Assembly (NCBI GenBank): GCA_000091205.1
Contig: AP006489.2
Length of the DNA: 64,000 nt
From: Cyanidioschyzon merolae
Lineage: Eukaryota
Reading direction: 5' to 3' (one strand)
In this document: positions 10,572-21,118 of the stretch, in pieces
Position numbering within the stretch: the stretch's first letter is position 1
Layout: every line of letters begins with the position of its first letter
Program-made: the position numbers and the translations under genes
Notes under the pieces: generated by a model
Told to the model about the DNA's origin: nothing
Databases searched by the model: none
What the model saw: the letters and a program-made list of their open reading frames with translations, nothing else

Positions 10572-12558
10572 GACGCTAACCACGCGACTCGAAGTACGCA
10601 AAGCAGCACGGCAGGCGATGCGCAGCGAAGCAGGCAGTCGCAGCGCTGCCGCGAGATTCCAACTGCGCTGCACGGCGAGGCAGATGCCTGTTTGTTCAGA
10701 CGTGATCAAAACCAGTGTCATGAAAAATAGCCTCTGTTGCACATGGAAAGACAAGGCATAGATGGGGTTGTGGAATATCAGAGGGTATGGGCAAAAGATG
10801 AGCATCGCACGGGGCTCGTGCACAAGGCTAACGCGCACCAACGGGTTTCGTCTGTTGCAAAGATTCTGCCCCCAAGACAGATACGTACCGGGCAGCATGG
10901 CTTTTGGATGCACGGGCATGACGAGGCCTCTTGGGAAAACATACGCTGTACCCTATGATTATGAGCAGTAGCTGCCCGATCGAATGCGTCTGGTCCGAGG
11001 CATCAATCGAACGCCTGAGCTAAAACGTTGATGGCAGCGGGCTCGACACCCATGCTCGAATACTATAGAATGGCTCCAGTTGCCGAGCTTGTGCGTGATC
11101 ACCAAGGTTTGGCTCTTTCTCTCTAGTATAATCAGCACCATCCAATGCAGGATTTTTATGCGAAAGCTCCCTCTTCCTGTTTCTTTCCTCGGATTTGAGG
11201 ATACCAGTCTCTCCTACTACGCGAGCTTCTTTTTCGTCAGTCATAAAATCTTGATGGCGGTACTCGAGTCCCGATTTCACGGTTTCTACCTACTACTGAC
11301 GATGCGTTTGATTCATCGACGGTATTTCCGACCAATGCTTCATTTGCCATGTCCATCTTCTCGGCATGCGGCCTCGATGTGCTCGTCGCAGCGGTGATAC
11401 GTTCCTGTGCTCAGCAGTTTTCAAATGTACAACGCAGTTGCTTTCCAGAGCGCAAACTGCGGGGCCCGGACGCTTCATGTATCGCTCAGTACATGCCCTT
11501 GAGAGATTCAGAGGGCTTGCCTCGATGCCCTGCTTTGCTCCGCCCAGAGCCGTATCTACGATCAGGGGCTTCTCCCGGGCGATGCTGTCGGCGAGTACCC
11601 TGTTCGATATACGTGCAAGAGCTCGCCGCGCCGTGTTATGCAGCGTTTATAGAACGTGATGTTCTCGAGTACGGAGAGAGTACCATAAAGAGAAGCTACG
11701 CCAGAGATCAAGTCGAGCAAGTTCGATCTGTCCACGGTTCCGTCACACAGAGCGACAACGCACGCTCCAATGGAAACGACCGCAGCGATCACTTAAATCC
11801 GAGGCCAGCACCCATTTTACGTGCAAAAAGACGAGGCAGGAGCACCCCGGAGCATATTCCGTGAGCGCTTCTATCCTGATGTAGGATATTGTTTCAACGA
11901 TGACCAAAAATTATGGCGACTTTGTTTTTCGAGTTACCCAGGTAATTCTATACAAAATAATTTAGTTAGATTTCGGCATGAGTCTGTGAAAAAGTCGTCA
12001 AGGCACGACGTCAAGCTCGTTTCCGCATCAGTACAAAAGCGCGAAATGATACGCCCACGATTAATCTTGAAAATTAAAGATAAGAAACCACAACACTTCG
12101 TGTTTTGAACATGCTCCACACCAGAGAATGAGAACAATGGAGACTTTGAAGTATGTAGAGCACAACGATTTCCGTTTTTTTAAAAAGCATTTTTGGAAAG
12201 CATTCAAAATCATCTTGATTCCGGGTATGGAACAAATTCCAGCAGCAACGTTTCGAGCGAGCAACTCTGAAACGACAACCGAAAATTCTAGCACTGGGCA
12301 TGGATTTGCAAGACGCTATTGCTGTGCTAACAAAGCTGATGCTTCATATGGAACATGGATCAAATAATCCAAAGACAGAAGCAGTCTCATCAGTCGAACG
12401 TACCAGTTCACAATGAAACGATTGCAGCGCATCATCGGTAAGCGAACGCACAGCAGCTTGGCGGGAAAATCCTGCAGAGCTGCGTGTTGTCGATCGATGC
12501 GTGCAGCAAGTCACGCATGATGCGCTTCTCGGGTAGTCCCGCACGGTAGACAGAGGCG

Positions 12559-12978
12559 GTGCACAGCACCCACGAGAATCGTTTGATAACCGCGTTGTTC
12601 ATGGAAACCCCCGAATTAGGTTGTAATTCTGATCTAACGGAAACGCGGGAGGTTCTAGAATACGTCCTGCACCTCGCTGAGGAAGTAGAACGAAACCGCG
12701 GGGGTGCCGTGCGCTTCGAGGATACCGCTTTACGAACGGTGGCGGAACTCGTTCGAGCGTATGTGACCCAGACACTAGTGCCCGACCTGGTTGCGTTTGC
12801 CAGGCACGCTAAAAGACAGCGGCTCCTTGCAGCCGACGTTTTGCTCTGTGCTCGACGAAATACTGACCTACGAGTCGCACTAGAGCAAAAACTGCAGCGA
12901 CCCGACTTTGAAAGCGAAGCAGATACCACCGCCGACATGCCGCTGAACGAGCCGCAGCCGGATGATGCTTTATTCTAG
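12559..12978 (+). CDS. CENP-S / MHF1-like histone-fold protein
   Basis: 'TALRTVAELVRAYVTQTLVPDLVAFARHAKRQRLLAADVLLCARRN' parallels the CENP-S/MHF1 core '...ISELTFRQCENFAKDLEMFASHAKRTTINTEDVKLLARR'. Acidic C-terminal tail. The start may be the internal METPEL. Confidence 0.5.
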   Translation: MHSTHENRLITALFMETPELGCNSDLTETREVLEYVLHLAEEVERNRGGAVRFEDTALRTVAELVRAYVTQTLVPDLVAFARHAKRQRLLAADVLLCARRNTDLRVALEQKLQRPDFESEADTTADMPLNEPQPDDALF

Positions 12979-13718
12979 TGACGCGCGGGGCTTGTTGCAG
13001 AACCATATATCCCTAAGTTGTCTACGGCAATGAATATCTCACAGACGGGTGGGTTTCACGGCCGAAGCGCGCCGCTCGGAAGCGACACTGGACACCACCC
13101 AGCATCAGCTGCTGCTGCTGCCGCCTGCGGGCGCCAGACCGCACTGGCCATAGGCTGTTGCGCACCTATCGAAGGCGAACCAGCAACGATCCGTAGCTCG
13201 CTGCCCGGCACTGCCATGCGAATAGTCAACGCGTCTCTGCGGGCGAGTCGTCGGCTCATACCCGCATAGATTTCACGCCATACTTGGGATGGCGATCCGC
13301 GACGTCCTGCATTAGATTCCATCCGGCGGTGTCGCTTGGGAGCCTCGAATCCGTTGCGGCTGCTAATGTCACCCGTGCGACAGTCATCGACCAGCATCCG
13401 AGGAACGGGCGGCTGCTCGGCGTAAGCAGTCTGCCTGTCACATTCAGCCTGGAGTAGCTGGCGGCAATGAGCCGCGGGCACGTGCCCTCCGCATAGCCAA
13501 CATATCCGCACGACTCGCCACGATTCAAGCATATCAGATGACACGGGCTCGCTGGTGACGATGCCCATGTCAGGTGCGCAGTCAGTCTTCACGAGGGGAG
13601 ATCTCCACTTTTCGACCCTGCTCAGGTTGTTGCGAAACCACGATCCAGGCACTTGCTGAACTAGTCACCTAGGGCGCGCTGCGCATGGATTCGTCCGTCG
13701 CTCCGTCCTAGAACTAGG

Positions 13719-16613
13719 TCATTCAGCAGGAAGGCGTTTTGCGCTTTTTCCTGTGCGCTCTGTCGAATCATTCTCATGGTATGGGAACGGGCTTCCCAGA
13801 AAAATAATGCGCAAGAGCGCCGCGAATGGGATGTGCCATCGGCGCTGCATGAAACAAATAAGGTAGTAGCATCCCCCGGAAAACACGAAGCTGAAAAGAA
13901 AAGCGCACCTCCAAGCCGCATCTACCCATGATAGTTGCCTACGAAGCAACATGCTCGCGAGGCGCTGTAAGAAACGAGTTATCGAATAAGCAATCGCTGC
14001 CGAAAACCACCTGAGGAAAAAAGCATGAACCTGAGCAAGGTGATCGAGCATCGTGCTGAGAAGCTGCGCCCCTAGAAACTGAGTAAGACCTATCGCCGCG
14101 ATCCCTAGCGTGAGCTTATACGCGAAGTAGGCGACCTCATTTTCGCCCTTTCCCCGGATATCATACCAGTACGTTGAATTCCATTCGCGGTAGAGATCCA
14201 GAAAGCGCAAACTGGTGCGCCGCAGCAGGAAATAGTCCGCGAGAATGATCCCCGTCAGCGTTCCCGCTAAAGCGCCCATCACTGGCAGCACAATCCGTCG
14301 CAGACCCGTGGCACCCAAAAAGAGCGTGACACCGAGCGAGCTCGCGGCCAGCGACGTGGCCCCAATGGCAAGCACTGCGGTGATTGCCCGCGTGAGCAAC
14401 CCGTGACCAAAGAACTTCTCGAGCGACCGGCGTGCTGGCATTAGATGCACGGCATTGTTCGAGAGAAGCACGGCTCCAGCAAAGCACAGCGCTGCAGCGG
14501 GCCGCGTCCAGGCAAAAGCGTCCGCAATGAGCGTGGACGGGGCGAACAGCCGCTCCAGAGAGTCAAGTGTTGAAGCGCCCCAGAACAACTGACTCAGATA
14601 GCTCATCGCAAAGATCGTTGGAACAACGCCCAGCGCCACGCCCATCAGTTGGTGTGTCTGGTCCTTGGCTCCCTTTGCAACATCGCCATACGTCACAATG
14701 GGCAAGGCTAGTGCGCTCCCCACGAGACAAGTAAGCGGAAGCATCATCGAGGGATCGAAGACGCCATAGGCAGCTGCTCGTTCCAATACACCACTCCAGA
14801 CAGAACGATTCCATCCGGTCGCCGGTAACGATGCGACCAAGCCCGGCACTAGGCCCGACGCGGCTATGAAAGACCCAGATAGCCACAGCACAGGTGCAAC
14901 CGTGCGGCTCAAGATAACTGCCCTGCCAACGTTTCTAGCATAACGCGGCACACTGAGAGTCGTTTGCGCTGAACGCGCATCCTGTTGTGGGGTCAATCGA
15001 AAAAGCCCCCACAAGGGCGGCTCTTCCGAATACGGCGTCAGTGTCATCAACGTCTGTTGCCTGGCGAGTGGCCCGCTCTGGCTCAGCAGCACAAGCTGCA
15101 ACACATAGAAGACCAGTTTCCCCGTTGACCGAGCAATCGCTGGTTCTACGCGCACCGTCGAAAGCCAGGGAGGACAATGCCGTGCGAGCGCCGTCAACAA
15201 CGGGCTCATCCCAGCAAACGCTTCTGCAAGACATGCGGCTCCAAACGCTGAAGTGATGCTGTAGATCAGCACCGCTATCATAATTCGCGTGCAGCAGAAT
15301 ATCAACCTGCCGCCCCGATGACCAAAGGCGGCTCTGCTAACGACGCCCGTACTGGTGCCGTATCGTGTCGTAGGATGCACTAAGAGCGCCGTCAAAAGCA
15401 CAAGAGCTAGCGACGCAAACGTTAGCGTCAACACAGACGCAGACATGCCGTGCCAAGCTAGCACTTGTACAAGCTGAGGCAGCGCTCCGCCGTACCTGGA
15501 CCCCGCAACCCCATCGGATGCGATTTTCTCTGCCAGTTGGCTCGCGATGGGAGCCCCTGCCCAGCTCATTGCATTGAGCGCACATAACAGCCAGAGCGCA
15601 CCATTATTGATTGTCTGGGTGAACCACCAGAATGCGAGCGAGAAACCATGCTGTGCTCGCGACCTCGCTGGAAAGTACTCGCCAAGCGTGCACTTCCAGT
15701 CCAGTTCGCTGGGTTGTACGAGCGGCTCGTACGGCTTCGAGCCGCCGCCGCGGAAGAGCCATCCGAGGCCCCAGGCAACGTCGGCGATGAGTAGCAACAG
15801 GATACCCAGTTGGACGGGGCGCTCAAGTCGTAGTGCTGCAGGAAAGTGCGGTGAAACAAGCCAGATAAAAAGAAGTACATACGCTGCGAGCCACGAAGCC
15901 GAAACATAGCGACCCAGCAATCGAACACGAGCGCGAAAGAGCTGAGAGCGCAGCATCCACAGAGCGTGACCCCAGGTCGACTCGCTTTCACTTGCATCCA
16001 GGGTTTGTGCTGGAGGATCAGCGTGCACTCTTGCTCGATTCGCGTTGGGCTCTACGTCACAATCTCGCCAAGTTGAGAAACCGCCGCGCCGCACCTGAAG
16101 CCGCCTCACTCGGTGCACAGCCTTGACGCAGGGCTTAGGTCCTAGCTTGGCGTCTACTGGTGCCCAGCTGCTTCTTCGATAGGTGCCGTACCAAGCATCA
16201 ACGACCTGGAAACACTGGACGCAGCTGCCGACGAAGCCCAGTGCCCTATCCGCGCTCCAGGGTTTGCCGATCGGCACCCAGTGCGACCGGCAACGAGTAC
16301 GTTCCCCGCCGCGACACCAAAGTAGCGGTTGTAGTGTTCCGGATACCCTCACTTCTGAATATGGATCGCAGCTCCCGCGAAAGCACCTCGGTTGCATTGT
16401 CCCGTGACACGACAGCACGTCGACGGATACCCGCAAGGCACCAGCGGCAGCAACAAAAGCAGTACAGAATACTTGACCGCTGCAGCGACGCGTCGTCAGC
16501 CACAGACGTCTGAGATTGCAATGCATCCCCGAAGCGCTCGCTCTGCTCTTTTCGTGGTATTGCATTGATGAGCTTTTCTTGAATGCGTATTGTTCACGAT
16601 TGGAGTGAAGCAA
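13719..16613 (-). CDS. large polytopic membrane protein (964 aa) with at least 12 predicted TM helices; possibly an NCS1-type (nucleobase:cation symporter-1) permease core with a long N-terminal extension
   Basis: One long uninterrupted ORF with many hydrophobic helices. The C-terminal part has 'GIILADYFLLRRTSLRFLDLYREWNSTYWYDIRG', resembling the NCS1 motif '..ADYFLVRRRRL.L.DLY......Y.Y..G.NW.A'. The family assignment is tentative. Confidence 0.45.
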   Translation of the reverse strand: MLHSNREQYAFKKSSSMQYHEKSRASASGMHCNLRRLWLTTRRCSGQVFCTAFVAAAGALRVSVDVLSCHGTMQPRCFRGSCDPYSEVRVSGTLQPLLWCRGGERTRCRSHWVPIGKPWSADRALGFVGSCVQCFQVVDAWYGTYRRSSWAPVDAKLGPKPCVKAVHRVRRLQVRRGGFSTWRDCDVEPNANRARVHADPPAQTLDASESESTWGHALWMLRSQLFRARVRLLGRYVSASWLAAYVLLFIWLVSPHFPAALRLERPVQLGILLLLIADVAWGLGWLFRGGGSKPYEPLVQPSELDWKCTLGEYFPARSRAQHGFSLAFWWFTQTINNGALWLLCALNAMSWAGAPIASQLAEKIASDGVAGSRYGGALPQLVQVLAWHGMSASVLTLTFASLALVLLTALLVHPTTRYGTSTGVVSRAAFGHRGGRLIFCCTRIMIAVLIYSITSAFGAACLAEAFAGMSPLLTALARHCPPWLSTVRVEPAIARSTGKLVFYVLQLVLLSQSGPLARQQTLMTLTPYSEEPPLWGLFRLTPQQDARSAQTTLSVPRYARNVGRAVILSRTVAPVLWLSGSFIAASGLVPGLVASLPATGWNRSVWSGVLERAAAYGVFDPSMMLPLTCLVGSALALPIVTYGDVAKGAKDQTHQLMGVALGVVPTIFAMSYLSQLFWGASTLDSLERLFAPSTLIADAFAWTRPAAALCFAGAVLLSNNAVHLMPARRSLEKFFGHGLLTRAITAVLAIGATSLAASSLGVTLFLGATGLRRIVLPVMGALAGTLTGIILADYFLLRRTSLRFLDLYREWNSTYWYDIRGKGENEVAYFAYKLTLGIAAIGLTQFLGAQLLSTMLDHLAQVHAFFLRWFSAAIAYSITRFLQRLASMLLRRQLSWVDAAWRCAFLFSFVFSGGCYYLICFMQRRWHIPFAALLRIIFLGSPFPYHENDSTERTGKSAKRLPAE

Positions 16614-17499
16614 TGAGGGTCTACGGATGCATACCTAGTTTTCGTATTCTTGATTGTCTTTTATCGAATGGCTTCTTCGACTTGACATCGCAGGATTTCG
16701 TGAGAGATCGCCAGAATCGACATCACTTGCGAGGCCCTGAACGTAGCGTTCGTCAAATAATTGAGAACATGATCCAGTGTATTGGTAGAGGCGTCCGCTC
16801 TACTGCTTTCTTTGTGTGCAACATGCTCAAATCATGCATGCTTCAAGTTTTCCATGTTTTTGTTACGTAGCAGCTGTAAGGTACAGCAATTCTCGCAGCT
16901 GCATTTGCGAGGAATATGATTGACATCTTAACTTGGCGACTGTTTCTAACGCGCATACCGAAAGATCTCAAATTTTGGTAACTCCAATCATCGGGTCGGT
17001 TCGAAAGGAAAATCCTCCACTGGCTGAGACAATTGACGAAACGAGTTTCGGCATCTGTTTGGTGCGTCTCACACTGTATACTTCCACCGTCTGCCGTCTT
17101 TTCTCGCAGCATACGAAAGGGTGCTGGGCTCGAGCTTGAAATCGACACAGCGATCGATCCTAGCGGAGCGGGTGTCAACGCTACCAACAAGGGCGCGTCA
17201 TCGAATCGACTTTGTTCGATTTTCCCCAAGCCTGGAATTTCCTTTCGGTACTCGACTCGTACTGGGCAGCAATTCGTTCCAGCAATGCTCTATCAAGTGG
17301 TTTAGCGTGCACGTGCGCGTCCAGCGGACAGTCTACTCGTCCAGGGTATCACGCAGCACTAGCCCGCGATCGTAAGGCCCCGACCGGGTGCCGCAAACCA
17401 TGGCATCAGGGCAAACCTTCCGGATCCATCGACGACATGTACGGAGCGATGAAGCACACCTCGAAGTCGCAAAGGATCGCCCTCAGAGAATCAGGTGTG

Positions 17500-17700
17500 G
17501 TGGTGGACATCCTAGAGAACACCTGGCCGCGGTCAAGTGTCACCACTGCGAATGGCGTACCAATGCTGTATGCGAACTGGATCAGCGTCTCAAACGAAGT
17601 GTAGATCACAGCTTCTACCAGTGCATGGTATTCGTCGGCAACAGCCGGATACATCGTAATGGGCCTTTAAAACTGTCATGAGCATGCTTCGAGTGCTGCC
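17500..17700. repeat. dispersed repeat, copy A (partner at 54130..54330)
   Basis: 'ggtcaagtgtcaccactgcgaatggcgta...gtgtagatcacagcttctaccagtgcatggtattcgtcggcaacagccggatacatcg' versus 'ggtcaggcgtcaccgctgcggagggcgta...gtgtagatcgcttctcccttctgtgcatgaaattcgtcggcaacagccggatacttca'. About 70-75% identity over about 200 bp, same orientation. Both copies lie in gene-poor gaps. Confidence 0.6.
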
Positions 17701-18208
17701 AGCAGAACTGGTGCGACAAGGGCACCGGCGTATTGAAAGCCGGTGACAAGAGAGAGGCAATGAACGTAGCTTCGGAAAATGCCCCGCATATGCTATCGCT
17801 TCTGATAGCCCGAGGGTGCCAAAACTCTACCTTATGCGCCAGTTTTGGATACCCGTTCCATTGTATTCCGATATGGACGTAGCGTCACCACTAGCACGGT
17901 AGTGAATGCTTTCATCGAGGTATCCATGGACAACATTGGAAAGAAACGCTACCTGAATCCAGATCAAGCGACATGATGCGTCTTGGACCGTGGGTTCGGA
18001 GCCGCAAAAACGCGGACGCAACACCAACTTGGATATGCTGCGCTCCAGCAGGGAACACGACGTTCCGCATGATACACGTCTCTTCCGAGGCGAGATGCCG
18101 CATCCTAGATACCGATGCGACGAACCTGGGCGTTGTCGCTCAGTAGCCTACGCATGATGCCGGACATCCTCAATGAAATGCCAGTCACAACTATGTGCGC
18201 AAAAAAAC

Positions 18209-19612
18209 TCAAGCGACCGGATGGTGTTCGCAATCATTTGCGCCATTCGATGACTCCGCATCTCGCCGGATATAGAACAGAATATAACCGCAATCGCTAG
18301 AGCATGAACCGGTAACGCTCTGGCCACTCTCTGAGATGCCAAACACTTCCTGGAGGGAGTAGTCCTCCACAACCTCTACCTGGTCGTCGTCGTAGAGCAT
18401 CCAGATGCCGCCGCTGCTCTTAGCCAGCGTAACATAATGTCCATGGCTGGGGCCTGCACCCACGTGCACCACCACAGAGAATAGCTCGTAGAGGCCATCC
18501 ACGTCCTCGGCGTCATCACTGACGTTGCAAACGCGAAGCTCCATCGGAAACGAAATGCGATAATTCAGTTTCTTGTACAAGAGCTTCATGTTCGCCTCGA
18601 GAAATTTGAAACGCTTCAGATGCAGCGCCAGAACTTGAGGCACTCTGCGAATGAGCATGCGTTTCTCGGCCTCCTGCAGCGTTCGACAGACGTTGCAATA
18701 GAACTTGTCGCCAGAACGCAACATCTCATGGGCAGAAAAGTTTCTTAAGCAGGCAGATATAGAACTATGCTGCTCAATATCAAGACTCAAGTCCAAAAAA
18801 TGCTCTTCACGCCGCGTTATCGTCTCACAGCCCAGACATCGCGTTTCGTTGACGAGCTCGCCTTGGAAAATGCGCTCGACGAACGTTGTAAACTGCTCCT
18901 CTGAGCTCACGCCGCCTTGGCTAGGCTCAGACGCCAACAGGTGCATTCGGTGCTCCTCCTTCAAAAGTTCAGAGCACTGATTCAAAAGAAAATTCAAGAA
19001 TTCATGAGAGTCGTGGTGCATGTAGCCTGCGAAGAGGTCACTCGTTTGTCGCACTCGGGCGATGAAGTTCCGCGGTTCAACCAGACCGGTGTACGTGGCG
19101 GTCTGTGGAGCCAGTACTGTGCCGTCAAGCACGCCTGTGTTCGGAGAATGTCGAGCAAGTGCCGCCACAGACACGCTTACAACGGGACCGTTCGAGTTCT
19201 TTCCCTTGAGGCCGTGGAGCTCTGCAAAGAGATCCGCCAGTGCTGTTAGCACGTTCTCCCGATACCCGGCTTGGTTATTGCGGTAGGGATAGTTGTCGGG
19301 GATCAGGTCGCCCAGCGCCACACCAGACTTGGTTCGACGTCCGCGTTCGCGTCGACGCTGCAGCTCGGCGAAGAAAGTCAAAACTTCCCGACGAAACGGT
19401 TCGCAGAAGTAAAGCGCTTGGATGATCGAGTTCGCGTAGCAAGTGTTACCGTAGTTTACCAGGCCGCAGTACCGTTCTCTTCGAGAGCTGGGGAGTGATC
19501 GAGCGTGGTTCTCGAGACGAGAACGCATTGTAACAGCCCCGTTGGCCATGGCTCGGTCGCTACGACTCGCTACGAGCCAAGCCAGATGCACAAGCTGACT
19601 CTCTGCACACAC
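18209..19612 (-). CDS. ubiquitin carboxyl-terminal hydrolase (USP/UBP family, USP12/46-like)
   Basis: Cys box 'GLVNYGNTCYANSIIQALYFCEPFR', 'YMHHDSHEFLNFLLN', 'FQGELVNETRCLGCE', His box 'GLYELFSVVVHVGAGPSHGHYVTLAKSSGGIWMLYDDDQV'. Confidence 0.85.
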   Translation of the reverse strand: MCAESQLVHLAWLVASRSDRAMANGAVTMRSRLENHARSLPSSRRERYCGLVNYGNTCYANSIIQALYFCEPFRREVLTFFAELQRRRERGRRTKSGVALGDLIPDNYPYRNNQAGYRENVLTALADLFAELHGLKGKNSNGPVVSVSVAALARHSPNTGVLDGTVLAPQTATYTGLVEPRNFIARVRQTSDLFAGYMHHDSHEFLNFLLNQCSELLKEEHRMHLLASEPSQGGVSSEEQFTTFVERIFQGELVNETRCLGCETITRREEHFLDLSLDIEQHSSISACLRNFSAHEMLRSGDKFYCNVCRTLQEAEKRMLIRRVPQVLALHLKRFKFLEANMKLLYKKLNYRISFPMELRVCNVSDDAEDVDGLYELFSVVVHVGAGPSHGHYVTLAKSSGGIWMLYDDDQVEVVEDYSLQEVFGISESGQSVTGSCSSDCGYILFYIRRDAESSNGANDCEHHPVA

Positions 19613-19800
19613 GGAAACCTGCGAGCCTTAGAGAAAAACGCCTAGAAGCTAACCGCTTCTCGCGCGAAGCCAAGTCCAACTTGCCGTGAACAAACCTACC
19701 TTTCCCGATCTCCAAGGGTAGACGCGTCTCAGGAAGTTGCTTTCAGACCGTTCAGCGTTGGCAGAAGCATACCTGGTGTCCAAGAGCAGGCTGTAGCAGG

Positions 19801-20385
19801 ACGTACCAGATCGATCGATGAATCGCTGCGCGGGAGGCGTCTGACCTGCAAGATCAATCGAAAAGCAACTTGTTCTGGATATTTATGTATAAATAGGATT
19901 TTACTGGATGATCCTGACGTACCAGATCGATCGATGAATCGCTGCGCGGGAGGCGTCTGACCTGCAAGATCAATAGGCAAGCAACTTGTTCTGGATATTT
20001 ATGTATAAATAGGATTTTACTGGATGATCCTGACGTTACGATCGATCGATGAATCGCTGTGCGGGAGGCGTCTGACCTGCAAGATCAATAGGAAAGCAAC
20101 TTGTTCTGGATATTTATGTATAAATAGGATTTTACTGGATGATCCTGACGTTACGATCGATCGATGAATCGCTGTGCGGGAGGCGTCTGACCTGCAAGAT
20201 CAATCGAAAAGCAACTTGTTCTGGATATTTATGTATAAATAGGATTTTACTGGATGATCCTGACGTTACGATCGATCGATGAATCGCTGTGCGGGAGGCG
20301 TCTGACCTGCAAGATCAATAGGCAAGCAACTTGTTCTGGATATTTATGTATAAATAGGATTTTACTGGATGATCCTGACGTTACG
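19801..20385. repeat. minisatellite: about 5 tandem units of 114-118 bp
   Basis: Unit 'acgt(t)ac(ca)gatcgatcgatgaatcgctg(c/t)gcgggaggcgtctgacctgcaagatcaat(c/a)g(a/g)aaagcaacttgttctggatatttatgtataaataggattttactggatgatcctg'. Units begin at 19801, 19919, 20033, 20148 and 20263. It lies between the 5' ends of the divergent USP and TrpRS genes. Confidence 0.9.
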
Positions 20386-21118
20386 GAAGCATCCGAGAAC
20401 GCACGTCATTTTGCGGCTGTATATCCGGACGTGTTTCTTCAAACATCCTGCGAGGGTGCGAGCGTTGCTAGTCGTCATCGTGAAACCCACGTCAGTCCCG
20501 ATGCAGATGCTCCATCCGTTCAAGGTTTCCTCTTCAAAGTTATCCAGAGGAAAAGAGACTTTATCCAGCGAGTCCAGATCTGGATATCCACTCGATACCG
20601 CTGGACGCGCCGCCGTTCTTGTCGCGTGCAGGCAGAACGGCTCTGCGATACCCATTCATAAACTTGCTTCAAGAGCTGGATGCCGAAGCGTGCGCGTGAA
20701 CAAGGTCGCACCGTATGCAACGCTGGGGAAACTGCGACTTGAGTTCGCACCAATTGTTCCAATTGTCCTTCGCATGCGCAATTCGTTGTGCCGGACTCCT
20801 TTTTACACAAGTGCATGACGACGGGCGTTACCGTGCCTCAGCTTGTTTCCCTATCCAGCCAGTCTAGTTCAGCCGCGCTCTCCACTTGGTTCAACCTGGA
20901 AACTGCATTGCAATGGCAACGTAAAGCTTCGAAGCACTAACCAACACCCTGCATACTCAAGGCATGTATCGGCGAACGCACCGAACCTGCTTCTTAGCAA
21001 GCAACCTAGCCGCTCAAAGTCGACGGCAAGCGGTGCGCTGGCTGCACACGGGCCAGTCGGCGCTAGACTGGTGTCCGCGGACGCGCTCGTTTATCGCAAA
21101 CGAGAGTCGCGCTGACGC

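Noticed and set aside
11349-11864. A 171-aa plus-strand ORF and an overlapping 76-aa minus-strand ORF in the 11.3-11.9 kb gap
   Set aside because: No family signal on either strand. The two overlap each other, so neither is favoured. Left unannotated.
13056-13652. A 198-aa minus-strand ORF in the gap upstream of the membrane-protein gene
   Set aside because: No recognisable motif. Ala-rich low-complexity tail. It overlaps other frames with similar statistics. Not called as a feature; mentioned only as unresolved.
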